NCBI GenBank assembly: GCA_028697695.1
Contig: JAQVEI010000001.1
Location: forward strand, 1 to 32,292
Direction: 5' to 3'
Source of the DNA: Lentimicrobiaceae bacterium
Lineage (GTDB): Bacteria > Bacteroidota > Bacteroidia > Bacteroidales > Lentimicrobiaceae
Length of the DNA: 32,292 bases
Shown here: positions 20,158-29,906 of the stretch, one piece after another
How the letters are laid out: each line of letters begins with the position of its first letter
Position numbering within the stretch: position 1 is the stretch's first letter
The notes under the pieces: generated by a model
Told to the model about the DNA's origin: nothing
Databases searched by the model: none
Seen by the model: the letters and a program-made list of their open reading frames with translations, nothing else
Position numbers and translations under genes: made by a program

Positions 20158-21561
20158 TTATAGGTTGTTGGTTAATTTGTCAAGTTTATTTTTTGCCGTA
20201 ATTAATGCATAATTGGCATTGTAATAGTTCCCCAAAGCGGTTAGATACTGATTTTGTGCATTGGTCAGGTCTAAGCTCGACGAGATGCCCTCTTTATATT
20301 TGATCAGGGTTTTGTCGTATATACGCCGGGTAAGTTCGATGTTCTTTTTATTGTTGAGCCAGGTTTCCCAGGCAGTAGTCAGCTCATTCAATGAAGTTTC
20401 ATATTCCAGTTGCAATCCGCTGGCCACATTAGCCTTATTGTTCACTACCTTTTCGAGCTCCAGCTTACGCTGCTGTACTTTTGAGTTTCGTTGACCGCTG
20501 GTAAACAAGGGGAAGTTCAGCGATAAGGCTATCAAATCTTTAGGCGCGAAGTCAAATTCGGGCTTATTTAGCTTTTCCGTGTGCTGATAAACGGCTGCCA
20601 GGGTAGGCAGGTAGCTGCTTTTCTCACGTTTAAGACTGAAAGTACTCAGCTTTTCCTGAGTCTCCATCATCTGATAATTGATGTTTTGATTCAGGTGAAA
20701 ACGATTGGCCGTCAACGTTTCAATGGTAACCTCACCGGTTATGCTTTCAAGGCTGTCGGTGAGTACAATGGTATTTTCGTAGGGCATACCCATCTGGAAT
20801 TTCAATAAATCGTGGGTGGCCTCTACCTGCCGCTGCATTGAGTTAAGGGAGTTGGTCAGGTTCAGGGAGTTAAGTTCCATCTGATCCACATCCGTATTCT
20901 CAATGAAGCCCTGTTCATACATACTCCGCATCTCGTTTAGCGTAGCAATTAAATTGCTGAGGGATTGTTCAAGGGTATTGCGTGATTGCTCCAGTACCAG
21001 CACCAGGCTATAAGTATTGGCAACTGACTCACGGATATCCAGGTTGGTTTTTGTTTTGGCCTGATCTGAAAGCAGATAATACACCTTGGAAGCCTGCACC
21101 CCTACCAGATATTCGCCACTGAATATCAGTTGTGAGAGGGTAAAATCAAAAACCAGGTTGTCCTTCACGCCAAGCGGAATGGGCTGCCCCGCCCGAAAAC
21201 CCATATAAACATTCTCGTTTAAAATGTCGGTGGATGTAATTACCGTTCCCGGAGGCAGGTCGGTAGCCAGAAAAGTGGAACCCCCCAGACTAAGCTCGGG
21301 AACTTTAAACAAATGCTGATAGTTGGCCTTAGCAGTTATCTGGGGCAGACCGATTGAAAGGGTTTCCCAGATTTTCTTTTGAGCAAGCTCCAAATCAATC
21401 CTGGAATTTTTAACACTGGTATTGTGTTCCAATGCATAGGCCTGGGCTTGTTTGAGGCTAAGAGCCAGAGGAGTAGGTTTAGTTTCCTGAGCATATACAA
21501 AGCTGCTTAAGCTAAATGCGGTAAGGAAAAATAGTAAGGCTTTGAAATAAAAAAATTTCAT
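20158..21561 (-). CDS. TolC-family outer membrane efflux protein
   Basis: Signal peptide; LSLKQAQAYALEHN, YLPTL and YKEGISSSLDL motifs; position in the operon. Confidence 0.92.
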   Translation of the reverse strand: MKFFYFKALLFFLTAFSLSSFVYAQETKPTPLALSLKQAQAYALEHNTSVKNSRIDLELAQKKIWETLSIGLPQITAKANYQHLFKVPELSLGGSTFLATDLPPGTVITSTDILNENVYMGFRAGQPIPLGVKDNLVFDFTLSQLIFSGEYLVGVQASKVYYLLSDQAKTKTNLDIRESVANTYSLVLVLEQSRNTLEQSLSNLIATLNEMRSMYEQGFIENTDVDQMELNSLNLTNSLNSMQRQVEATHDLLKFQMGMPYENTIVLTDSLESITGEVTIETLTANRFHLNQNINYQMMETQEKLSTFSLKREKSSYLPTLAAVYQHTEKLNKPEFDFAPKDLIALSLNFPLFTSGQRNSKVQQRKLELEKVVNNKANVASGLQLEYETSLNELTTAWETWLNNKKNIELTRRIYDKTLIKYKEGISSSLDLTNAQNQYLTALGNYYNANYALITAKNKLDKLTNNL

Positions 21562-21568
21562 GGGTAGG

Positions 21569-22180
21569 TTATGAGGTTGGATGGTTTAACATATTTTCAA
21601 AATAGGCAAGACCCCGGGCATTGGCTATACCCCGGATGTGGTTTTCAAACATTACTTTAAATATCTTTTCGCTGGTGAAATCCATAGCTTCCAGGAATTC
21701 AGGATCATGAAGTGCAAAAAGCTTTTCAACATACAATTTGGCGATAAGCTCTGTATCAATTTCTGGCCGGTATATACCCTCACTAATGCCCTTTAACATA
21801 TTATCGAGGATTTTCATGTAAACATGCTCTTTCTTTTTTTGAACAAAGTTGTGGTGTAAAGCCGGATAATATTTCTGTAAATCAAAAAGCATTACCGGGT
21901 TGGAGGCAGAAATCTCCCGACTTACACTCCTGCTTACCTGCATTAATAAATCTATGGCATTCAGATTGCCATTTATTTCATCCATACAGGCATTGCTCCC
22001 CTCAAGATAAAAATCGAGCACCTTCGCCACCAAATCAGACTTGTTTTCCACATACTGATAAAGGGTCTTCTTAGACATCCCAAGTTGAGAAGCAATTTCA
22101 TCCATAGAAATACTCCGCACCCCAAACTTCCTGAAAAGTAAGGTTGAGGTTTGAAGTATAGAAGTCAGTTTGCTGTCCAT
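21569..22180 (-). CDS. TetR/AcrR-family transcriptional regulator
   Basis: HTH LFRKFGVRSISMDEIASQLGMSKKTLYQY; first gene of the efflux operon. Confidence 0.93.
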   Translation of the reverse strand: MDSKLTSILQTSTLLFRKFGVRSISMDEIASQLGMSKKTLYQYVENKSDLVAKVLDFYLEGSNACMDEINGNLNAIDLLMQVSRSVSREISASNPVMLFDLQKYYPALHHNFVQKKKEHVYMKILDNMLKGISEGIYRPEIDTELIAKLYVEKLFALHDPEFLEAMDFTSEKIFKVMFENHIRGIANARGLAYFENMLNHPTS

Positions 22181-22204
22181 TTATATCTAAAATAATTCAA
22201 AAGA

Positions 22205-22260
22205 AAACTTTAGCCCCTTTAAACGTTTCCAAAGTTTAATTGTTCAGACAGGCGAAAATA
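22205..22260 (-). promoter_or_regulatory. Putative efflux operon promoter (-7 variant TATTTTCG, 22253-22260) with a possible TetR operator (AAACTTT-N19-AAAGTTT, 22205-22237)
   Basis: The inverted repeat lies between the -7-like box and the TetR start. Its arms are short and AT-rich, so support is weak. Confidence 0.3.
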
Positions 22261-22356
22261 AAAATCAATAAAATGTTGGCAGAGATAAGAAACCGGAGGC
22301 CAGCGCCTCCACCCGGCCGGCATTTGGCTGGTTTAATTTATATAAATCATGAAAAA

Positions 22357-22405
22357 TCTATCCTCTAACTTCTATCCTCTAACCTCTACCTTCTAACTTC
22401 CAACA
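22357..22405. repeat. Heptamer tandem repeat, consensus TCTA(A/T/C)C(C/T), 7 copies
   Basis: TCTATCC TCTAACT TCTATCC TCTAACC TCTACCT TCTAACT TCCAACA, directly after the stop of the channel gene. Confidence 0.75.
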
Positions 22406-22408
22406 AAA

Positions 22409-23509
22409 TTATTTATCCTTATTCAGATAGTAGTCGATAATTCTTTGGGTTTCCTGGTCTTCAGCCAACTCCAGCAAAGCCCAGTTAATATCATACACAA
22501 GTGCCGAATTCAACGGGCATGCAAAGCCATAACCTTGTTTGTAATACTCTGCTTGCGTTACATGCAGGTTCACGTGGTGTTTTTTCAGAAAGTACATCAA
22601 TTGAGGACGATCGTAAACTACTGCATCCACCTTTTTGTCTTTTAACAGACTTATGGCTTCGTTTAAGGTGGTGACCGCCATTGTTTTGATATTCAATTCT
22701 CTTAAAAACTCTTCAGAAGGAGAAGCTTCAATCGTTGCGGCTTTGCGGTCGGACAATTGTTCAATATTGGTTATGGTGGAAGTACTCAGTGAGGAAAGGG
22801 TCAGTGTGCAGGCAATACCGGCCACCATCGATGTAGCAAAAATAATGGAGATGACCATCCAGCTTCCGGCAATTATTCTTCCCCATAAAGTGATGGGGGC
22901 TTTGTCGCCATAGCCGGTGGTACTCATAGTTACTATAGCCAGCCACATACCATTGGCTATACCATTTACCGGGTCATTGGGGAATTGTTCAGGTGATTGT
23001 TTATGTTCGGCAAGCCAAATAAATGTACCCACCACTGCAAGAATAAACAGGAATAATGCCACGGCCATCAACAGTTTAATGCTAAAGAAAGGTTTGATTT
23101 TTTCCCAAAGGCTAAGCTTATCGGCACGTGATACTATTGCCAGACTCGAATTGTAAAAGGGTTGCGAAAACCGCATAAACTCCAAACGCTGTGAGGTTAT
23201 GCTTATCGGGCCAACCACCACATCGAGTTTACCCTTTGCTAATGCATTCAATGCAGAATCAACAGTAACAAAAGAGCTGTAATGGTAATTCCATGATTTT
23301 TTATTGGCAATGTCCTCCCATATCTCAATGGCAATGCCTTTGACACGTGCATTGTGCACAAAAACAAAAGGTTCACTACCTGCAATGCCCACTTTCAGTG
23401 TATCGGGCAGGTTTGATGTTATTGCATTTTGTGCGTGAAGAGGCACAGTGAAGAAAAACAGAAAAAAATTAACACAAATAAAAAAGCAAAGTAATGATTT
23501 CTGATGCAT
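22409..23509 (-). CDS. GluR0-like ligand-gated potassium channel (SBP family-3 domain split by a K+ pore module)
   Basis: Signal peptide, S1 (LKVGIAGSEPFV...ISITSQR...FSQPF), M1, pore helix with filter TMSTTGYGD, M2, S2 (VDAVVYDRP...YGFA). The ATG at 23509 is preferred over the TTG at 23545. Confidence 0.88.
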   Translation of the reverse strand: MHQKSLLCFFICVNFFLFFFTVPLHAQNAITSNLPDTLKVGIAGSEPFVFVHNARVKGIAIEIWEDIANKKSWNYHYSSFVTVDSALNALAKGKLDVVVGPISITSQRLEFMRFSQPFYNSSLAIVSRADKLSLWEKIKPFFSIKLLMAVALFLFILAVVGTFIWLAEHKQSPEQFPNDPVNGIANGMWLAIVTMSTTGYGDKAPITLWGRIIAGSWMVISIIFATSMVAGIACTLTLSSLSTSTITNIEQLSDRKAATIEASPSEEFLRELNIKTMAVTTLNEAISLLKDKKVDAVVYDRPQLMYFLKKHHVNLHVTQAEYYKQGYGFACPLNSALVYDINWALLELAEDQETQRIIDYYLNKDK

Positions 23510-23596
23510 AAAATATTTTATTGTGGTAGGAATGGCCGGATTCAAGTCAATGATGAAATTATTGAAAACAGCAGTTTAATATATTTATCAACATGA

Positions 23597-23727
23597 AACG
23601 GTTTCGTGTATGAGCAGTAGCGGATTAAAATCCACTAACTTTTCGGTTAAACACTTATCTTTATTAATATTCATTTCCTTTCAATTTTGCACCAAACCCG
23701 CTATTGCTTATACACATTGTTGGGCAA
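23597..23727 (-). other. attC-like recombination hairpin
   Basis: RYYYAAC-type GCCCAAC at one end and GTT at the other. The 18-bp stem 23606-23623/23698-23715 (GTGTATGAGCAGTAGCGG / CCGCTATTGCTTATACAC) closes with two G.T wobbles only on the + strand. Confidence 0.65.
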
Positions 23728-23752
23728 TCGTACTTTTTTTCGTCCGTTTGTC

Positions 23753-24021
23753 AGCGTTGGCAAAGGCATACTCTTTTGCAATTTTTGGCTTGTGTATTGG
23801 CTGGTGCGGCTTGCAAATGTGTATGGCTTTTAGCGTTGGCTTTTCCATCACAATATTAATTCGTTCAGCATCTGTTTTAAGTTCAAATGTTTTGCTCCAC
23901 TTACAGTTTTTTCAGAGTGTATTTTTTCGAGCGTTGGGAAAAAACAGCTCTTTTGGTTTTTTCAGAGTTGGCTTTCGTTTCGGTAAAAAACCAAATGTGC
24001 TGTTTGTGCGGCTGGCTTTTT
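23753..24021. ncRNA. Two related structured repeats (23753-23831, 23930-24021), candidate ncRNA or ssDNA motif
   Basis: Both read AGCGTTGG...stem-TCT-TTTG...CAAA-TGT-stem...TGGCTTTT on +, with different but complementary stems. The strand is undetermined. Confidence 0.5.
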
Positions 24022-24261
24022 GCATGTTGCCCAACAATAGGGTATGTTTATAACTCAATCTGCTTTTCGTCAACCAATCCAATAGTTTACAGCTATCAAA
24101 CCACAATCGGGTTGGCAGATGAAATGCCCACCACCGGGAACCTGTGCCTTTAAATTTAACCATAATGACTAATGCAAATGCACAATAAACAATTTGCAGT
24201 AGTTCCCAAGAGAAGAAACGCTAATGTTTCACTGTTTCCAAATCATGAAAATGCGTTTTTT

Positions 24262-25182
24262 CTAACGCAGTGTAAAGGTCGTTTGTCCAATTTCGTAATC
24301 ATTGGTATACACCGAAACCACGTAGGTTCCGGAGGGCAAATCATTTTTTGAGCGGTTATACCAGTAGGCACAAATGTCCATAGCCTCATTCTGATAATTA
24401 ACAGTTTCCTTAATAGAATACTGCAATACTTCATTATTATACATAAATGAGAATTCATCGCCTATTCCGCGTGTAAGTATGGCTTTATCCGGACGGGAGA
24501 TACGCACGTAAATATCTTTACGTCCGGCCGGAAGGAGTGTATTTTCGCCCAATGTGAAGCATACCTTTAGCTTTTCAACCCGTTTGGCCTTATCTGTTTC
24601 TTTTTCTTTGCTGCCATTGCCTCTCATGCCTTCGGCAGTAATTTTATAAGCCCGCAATACGGCAGCCTGTGTAACTTTTTCATTCAAGGCCTCTTTGTCT
24701 TTAAGCAGGCTGCTGCTTTTTTCCTGTTCGCGTCTGTAGCTGCCCCGTATTTGCTCATTCTCTTCCTTAAGTTCCCGGTTTACCGTGTAAAGAGAGTCCA
24801 TTTGTTTCAGGTAGCCTTGTGAAATGGAACGTAATTTTTCCAGTTTTTTCCTGACTTTATAAAATTCATATTGGGTATCAAGCAGTTTCCTGATTTCAAT
24901 AGCATTGGCCTGTATCACACTGTCTTTGGCTGCAAGAGAATCAGCAAAGGCGCCATACTCCAGTTTAATGTTGTTGTGTTCGGTAATCAACGAATCCAAT
25001 TCATGCTGCAACTCTGTTCGCTGAAGTTCTTTTTCATCGAGCATATTTCCCAGACGTGAACGGGTTGACAGGTACAACCAGGCCAGTAAAGCCAGGGCTG
25101 CAACAAGTATAACAATGATGATGAGAAATCTATTCTGTTCTTTTTTATTTCGGGTGCCGGAATAATCTGACATAGTTTCCAT
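24262..25182 (-). CDS. Membrane-anchored coiled-coil hypothetical protein with C-terminal beta domain
   Basis: One N-terminal TM helix, a long heptad region, then KLKVCFTL...GTYVVSVY. The start at ATG 25182 or 25173 is uncertain. A -7 box CAAAATTA lies at 25249-25256. Confidence 0.75.
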   Translation of the reverse strand: METMSDYSGTRNKKEQNRFLIIIVILVAALALLAWLYLSTRSRLGNMLDEKELQRTELQHELDSLITEHNNIKLEYGAFADSLAAKDSVIQANAIEIRKLLDTQYEFYKVRKKLEKLRSISQGYLKQMDSLYTVNRELKEENEQIRGSYRREQEKSSSLLKDKEALNEKVTQAAVLRAYKITAEGMRGNGSKEKETDKAKRVEKLKVCFTLGENTLLPAGRKDIYVRISRPDKAILTRGIGDEFSFMYNNEVLQYSIKETVNYQNEAMDICAYWYNRSKNDLPSGTYVVSVYTNDYEIGQTTFTLR

Positions 25183-25262
25183 AAAATAAATCAATTTTAA
25201 TAATAGGAGGCTTTACCAATTGGTTTTAATACAACGTGAAAACAAATGCAAAATTACAGGAA

Positions 25263-25330
25263 TTAAGCTTTGATAATTAAATTATTATCCAAAACAGTGG
25301 AAAATTACTTATTTAATTATCAAAGCTTAA
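25263..25330. repeat. Perfect 20-bp inverted repeat with 28-bp spacer
   Basis: TTAAGCTTTGATAATTAAAT (25263-25282) / ATTTAATTATCAAAGCTTAA (25311-25330). Confidence 0.85.
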
Positions 25331-25469
25331 GCCGAAGTTCATTTCATGAACATTAATGACAGAACCTTATAATTCCGCATAGCTAAAACCGGTAAGTAAA
25401 GCACAACGAATTGCTTGGCAGCCCTTACTTCATAGGTTTCAACCGGATCCTGAAGGTGAACCGGGAATC

Positions 25470-27146
25470 TTACCTGCCTTTCTCTGCCGGCACTTTAAAC
25501 TTATCACCGGTCTTTTCAATCAACTGCCGGTAATACTGCTCGTCATATCCCGGGAATTTTACTTTCGGATTCTGATTATTACCATCTTTTTCCTTAATAT
25601 TTCCATCCAGATATTTGACGAAAAGCTCATGATAGAGTTCTTTCCAGCGTTTAACGGTGCTGTTTCCCTGGTTTACCGAATAGTCAGTAAGAAACTGTCG
25701 TGCTTTGGCAGGATCGGTTGCATACAATTCAGTTGCCGCTTTATCCACAATGGGAGTATAAGAAACAAATTTATTTTCCAGAGCCGATTGCACTTTTTGT
25801 ATATCCACTATCATATCCCGGTAACGGGTATAGGCGAAATTGGACACCTGATTAAACACCCAGAAAGCTGCATCTTCACTAAAGGTCATCAAATCGCCGT
25901 TTCCCACGGCATAGGATTCGGGAACAGCAGTAATACCGCAATACATAGGCACGTAAACGGTAGAGTAAGAATCATCAACACTAAACCACAAAATACCACC
26001 AACCGGATCGGGCAGCCAATTGCGCGACTGGCTTACAAAAGAAAAGCCCGTTTGTTGGGTTGAGATGGCTCTTTCGTTAAAATATTGCTGACCATCCAGT
26101 TCCCAGGTGAGTGGTCTCCAGCGAACTATACTTTGATAGGGCCCTGCTCCAATATCCTGGGTCATGTCCAGTTCGGTACCCTGATAATAATCGCGCATCA
26201 TGCCTATTACATCCTGAACGGTAAGTTTCTTATCGGGTTTCACCCATAGCGGCATGCGGTTTGTCAGGTCGTATCCTTTTGCATACTCAATATATTTTTC
26301 CATCCCGGAGGTAACCTGGTTGAATCCTGCCCAAACTCTGGCCTCACAAAACCGGGCAGCCCCAAAGTCAAGGGGTGCATATGTATCGGAAAAACTAAAG
26401 TCCTTATCCTCACCGGTGAAGTAACCCTTTTCGCGGGCAAAACCAATAACATCAGGTGAATAAATACAATTTTCGGGATCATTCAGCGGAAAAGTAGTGA
26501 TGCGGGCCTGGTTGGCGTGGCCGGAAATATATCCATCAGGAATACGGCGGGCTACCCAAACAGCGCCTTTATTGTAAACAGTTTTGGTGCGTTTGCGCTT
26601 GTCTTTAACAACAGCAGGTGAACCTTTACCTATCATTTCGAGTATCCAAACTTCATTTTTATCAGCAATTGAAAAGGATTCCCCCGAGCTGTAATAACCA
26701 TATTCAGCCACCAGTTCACCCATAATTGCGATAGCTTCCCGGGCTGTTTTGGCCCGCTGCAAAGTGAGGTACATCAGGCTGCCATAATCAATAATACCGG
26801 TAGTATCCACCAGTTCGGGCAAGCCGCCAAAGGTGGTTTCGCCAATGGCTACCTGGTGCTCATTCATGTTGCCAACTACCGAATAAGTATGTGCTACCTG
26901 TTTAATTTTGCCCAGCCATTTGCCGGTATCCCATTCATATACATCAATCATCGTACCCTCCGGGTAGTCTGCAGCCGGACGAAAATACAATTCTCCATAA
27001 AGCACATGGGAATCGGCAGCATAGGTAATCATGGTTGATCCATCAGCACTCGCTCCCCTGGAAACAATAAAATTGGTACAGGCCATGCCCGGAAGAGCAA
27101 ACATCATCAGCATCAAACCCGTTAAACTGAACATTTTTTGTCGCAT
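25470..27146 (-). CDS. Peptidase C69-family dipeptidase (Ntn hydrolase), secreted
   Basis: Signal peptide followed by the N-terminal nucleophile CTNFIV; NMNEHQVAIGETTFGG, GESFSIAD and ERAISTQQT motifs. Confidence 0.9.
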   Translation of the reverse strand: MRQKMFSLTGLMLMMFALPGMACTNFIVSRGASADGSTMITYAADSHVLYGELYFRPAADYPEGTMIDVYEWDTGKWLGKIKQVAHTYSVVGNMNEHQVAIGETTFGGLPELVDTTGIIDYGSLMYLTLQRAKTAREAIAIMGELVAEYGYYSSGESFSIADKNEVWILEMIGKGSPAVVKDKRKRTKTVYNKGAVWVARRIPDGYISGHANQARITTFPLNDPENCIYSPDVIGFAREKGYFTGEDKDFSFSDTYAPLDFGAARFCEARVWAGFNQVTSGMEKYIEYAKGYDLTNRMPLWVKPDKKLTVQDVIGMMRDYYQGTELDMTQDIGAGPYQSIVRWRPLTWELDGQQYFNERAISTQQTGFSFVSQSRNWLPDPVGGILWFSVDDSYSTVYVPMYCGITAVPESYAVGNGDLMTFSEDAAFWVFNQVSNFAYTRYRDMIVDIQKVQSALENKFVSYTPIVDKAATELYATDPAKARQFLTDYSVNQGNSTVKRWKELYHELFVKYLDGNIKEKDGNNQNPKVKFPGYDEQYYRQLIEKTGDKFKVPAEKGR

Positions 27147-27338
27147 AATTCTTAAAATTAATTTTTAAAACGCTATTTTCCGGCCTTTAATTCTCATTTT
27201 AAATGCCGGGCGGCCAAAATACAAAAAACTTACCAATACTGCCCCGGTTTATGGATTGGAATGTCAAAAATTAATTCCTCAAAACGGCCGAAATCAATAT
27301 TTTTTATTTCCGGGCATTCATTTCAAAGGAATGTTTGT

Positions 27339-27346
27339 TAAATTTG
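27339..27346 (+). promoter_or_regulatory. Bacteroidota -7 box (TAAATTTG) for atpDC
   Basis: Exact TAnnTTTG followed by C, about 29 bp upstream of atpD. Confidence 0.6.
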
Positions 27347-27356
27347 CTCCCGATAG

Positions 27357-28880
<1,524 letters not shown>

Positions 28881-28894
28881 TTTGAATTGCTGCT

Positions 28895-29131
28895 ATGAAA
28901 CTTGATATTATTGTTCCTGAGAAAACTCTATACAGTGGTAATGTACATTTGGTGCAATTGCCGGGTGTTTCAGGGTCATTTGAAATTCTCGACAATCATG
29001 CACCCATGATAGCTGCGCTGAAAGAGGGCACCATTCGTATCGTTGACCTGCAAAGAAATACCCAGTATGTAAAGATTACCGGCGGTATACTTAAAGTAAA
29101 GCAAAATGAAGTGATTATTCTTGCTGAATAG
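28895..29131 (+). CDS. atpC: F0F1 ATP synthase subunit epsilon (short form lacking the C-terminal helices)
   Basis: LPGVSGSFEILDNHAP motif; directly follows atpD. Confidence 0.93.
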   Translation: MKLDIIVPEKTLYSGNVHLVQLPGVSGSFEILDNHAPMIAALKEGTIRIVDLQRNTQYVKITGGILKVKQNEVIILAE

Positions 29132-29271
29132 CATCGAAAGCATGGCTTTAAACCACATTTTTTTGCATTATTCGCAACTTTTTTCATTAAAAGCTTGACT
29201 TTTTATTCATATTATGTATATTTGTCATATATAACAGTAATTGAAATGTTTCAATTGTCAAAAACCTCAAT

Positions 29272-29820
29272 TTGTATAGCAGATATCTGATACCGGCAAT
29301 TATGCTGATGGCCTCCACTGTTGTCATGATGATACTGCATGCTTCTTTAAATTACACTCAAATTTCGGATACCCACAGTTGTTATAACCCTGCCGAATGC
29401 CCATTGTCAGAAGGCGATATTGTATTCAGGAAAGGCCAAAGTCTGGTAAGCACACTTGTATTACTCAATGACCGTTCCACCGATTTTTCTCATGTAGGCA
29501 TAGTGTGCAAAAAAGATGGCGAAATGGTTATTGTACATGCTGTGCCTGGTGAACCTGATGAACACGGCAATGAGGTGGTGAGATGCGATAGTCCCGAAGA
29601 TTTTTTTGATCCGGGTAAGGCACGGAAATTAGCGGTAGTCACCCTCACCGATGCCTCCGCATCCAAAAAACATAAAGCAGCCAACAGTGCTCTGGAATTC
29701 TTTAAGCAAAAAATTCCCTTTGATGGAGCTATGGATTTTAAAACCGATGATAAACTATATTGTACAGAGCTTGTATGGAAAGCCTGGCTCAAAGCAGGTA
29801 TTAACATTACACAGGATTAA
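29272..29820 (+). CDS. YiiX/YebB-like permuted NlpC/P60 cysteine hydrolase, possibly damaged at both ends
   Basis: GDIVFRKG, FSHVGIV (His) and LYCTELVW (Cys) in permuted order. TTG start; the frame stops about 17 codons after the Cys. A -7 box TATATTTG lies at 29217-29224. Confidence 0.75.
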   Translation: MYSRYLIPAIMLMASTVVMMILHASLNYTQISDTHSCYNPAECPLSEGDIVFRKGQSLVSTLVLLNDRSTDFSHVGIVCKKDGEMVIVHAVPGEPDEHGNEVVRCDSPEDFFDPGKARKLAVVTLTDASASKKHKAANSALEFFKQKIPFDGAMDFKTDDKLYCTELVWKAWLKAGINITQD

Positions 29821-29906
29821 AGGGCTATGTAATATATGTCCGGGTAAAATAAGGCTGTCTAATCACACAGATATACCCTTAATTATAAACCCTTAAATCA
29901 AAAATT

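Larger units (their letters stand above)
23597..24035 (-). mobile_element. Putative integron-like non-coding cassette (~436 bp) ending in an attC-like site
   Basis: On - it starts GTTGGGCAA (24035-24027) and ends TTGCCCAAC...hairpin...GTT (23727-23597). No integrase is present in the window. Confidence 0.6.

Noticed and set aside
23610-24163. ORFs 23610..24053 (+), 23887..24153 (+) and 23912..24163 (-)
   Set aside because: They have biased Phe/Lys composition from T/A runs, no recognisable motifs, and they overlap each other. They cross the hairpin and cassette boundaries, so structured non-coding DNA explains the region better.
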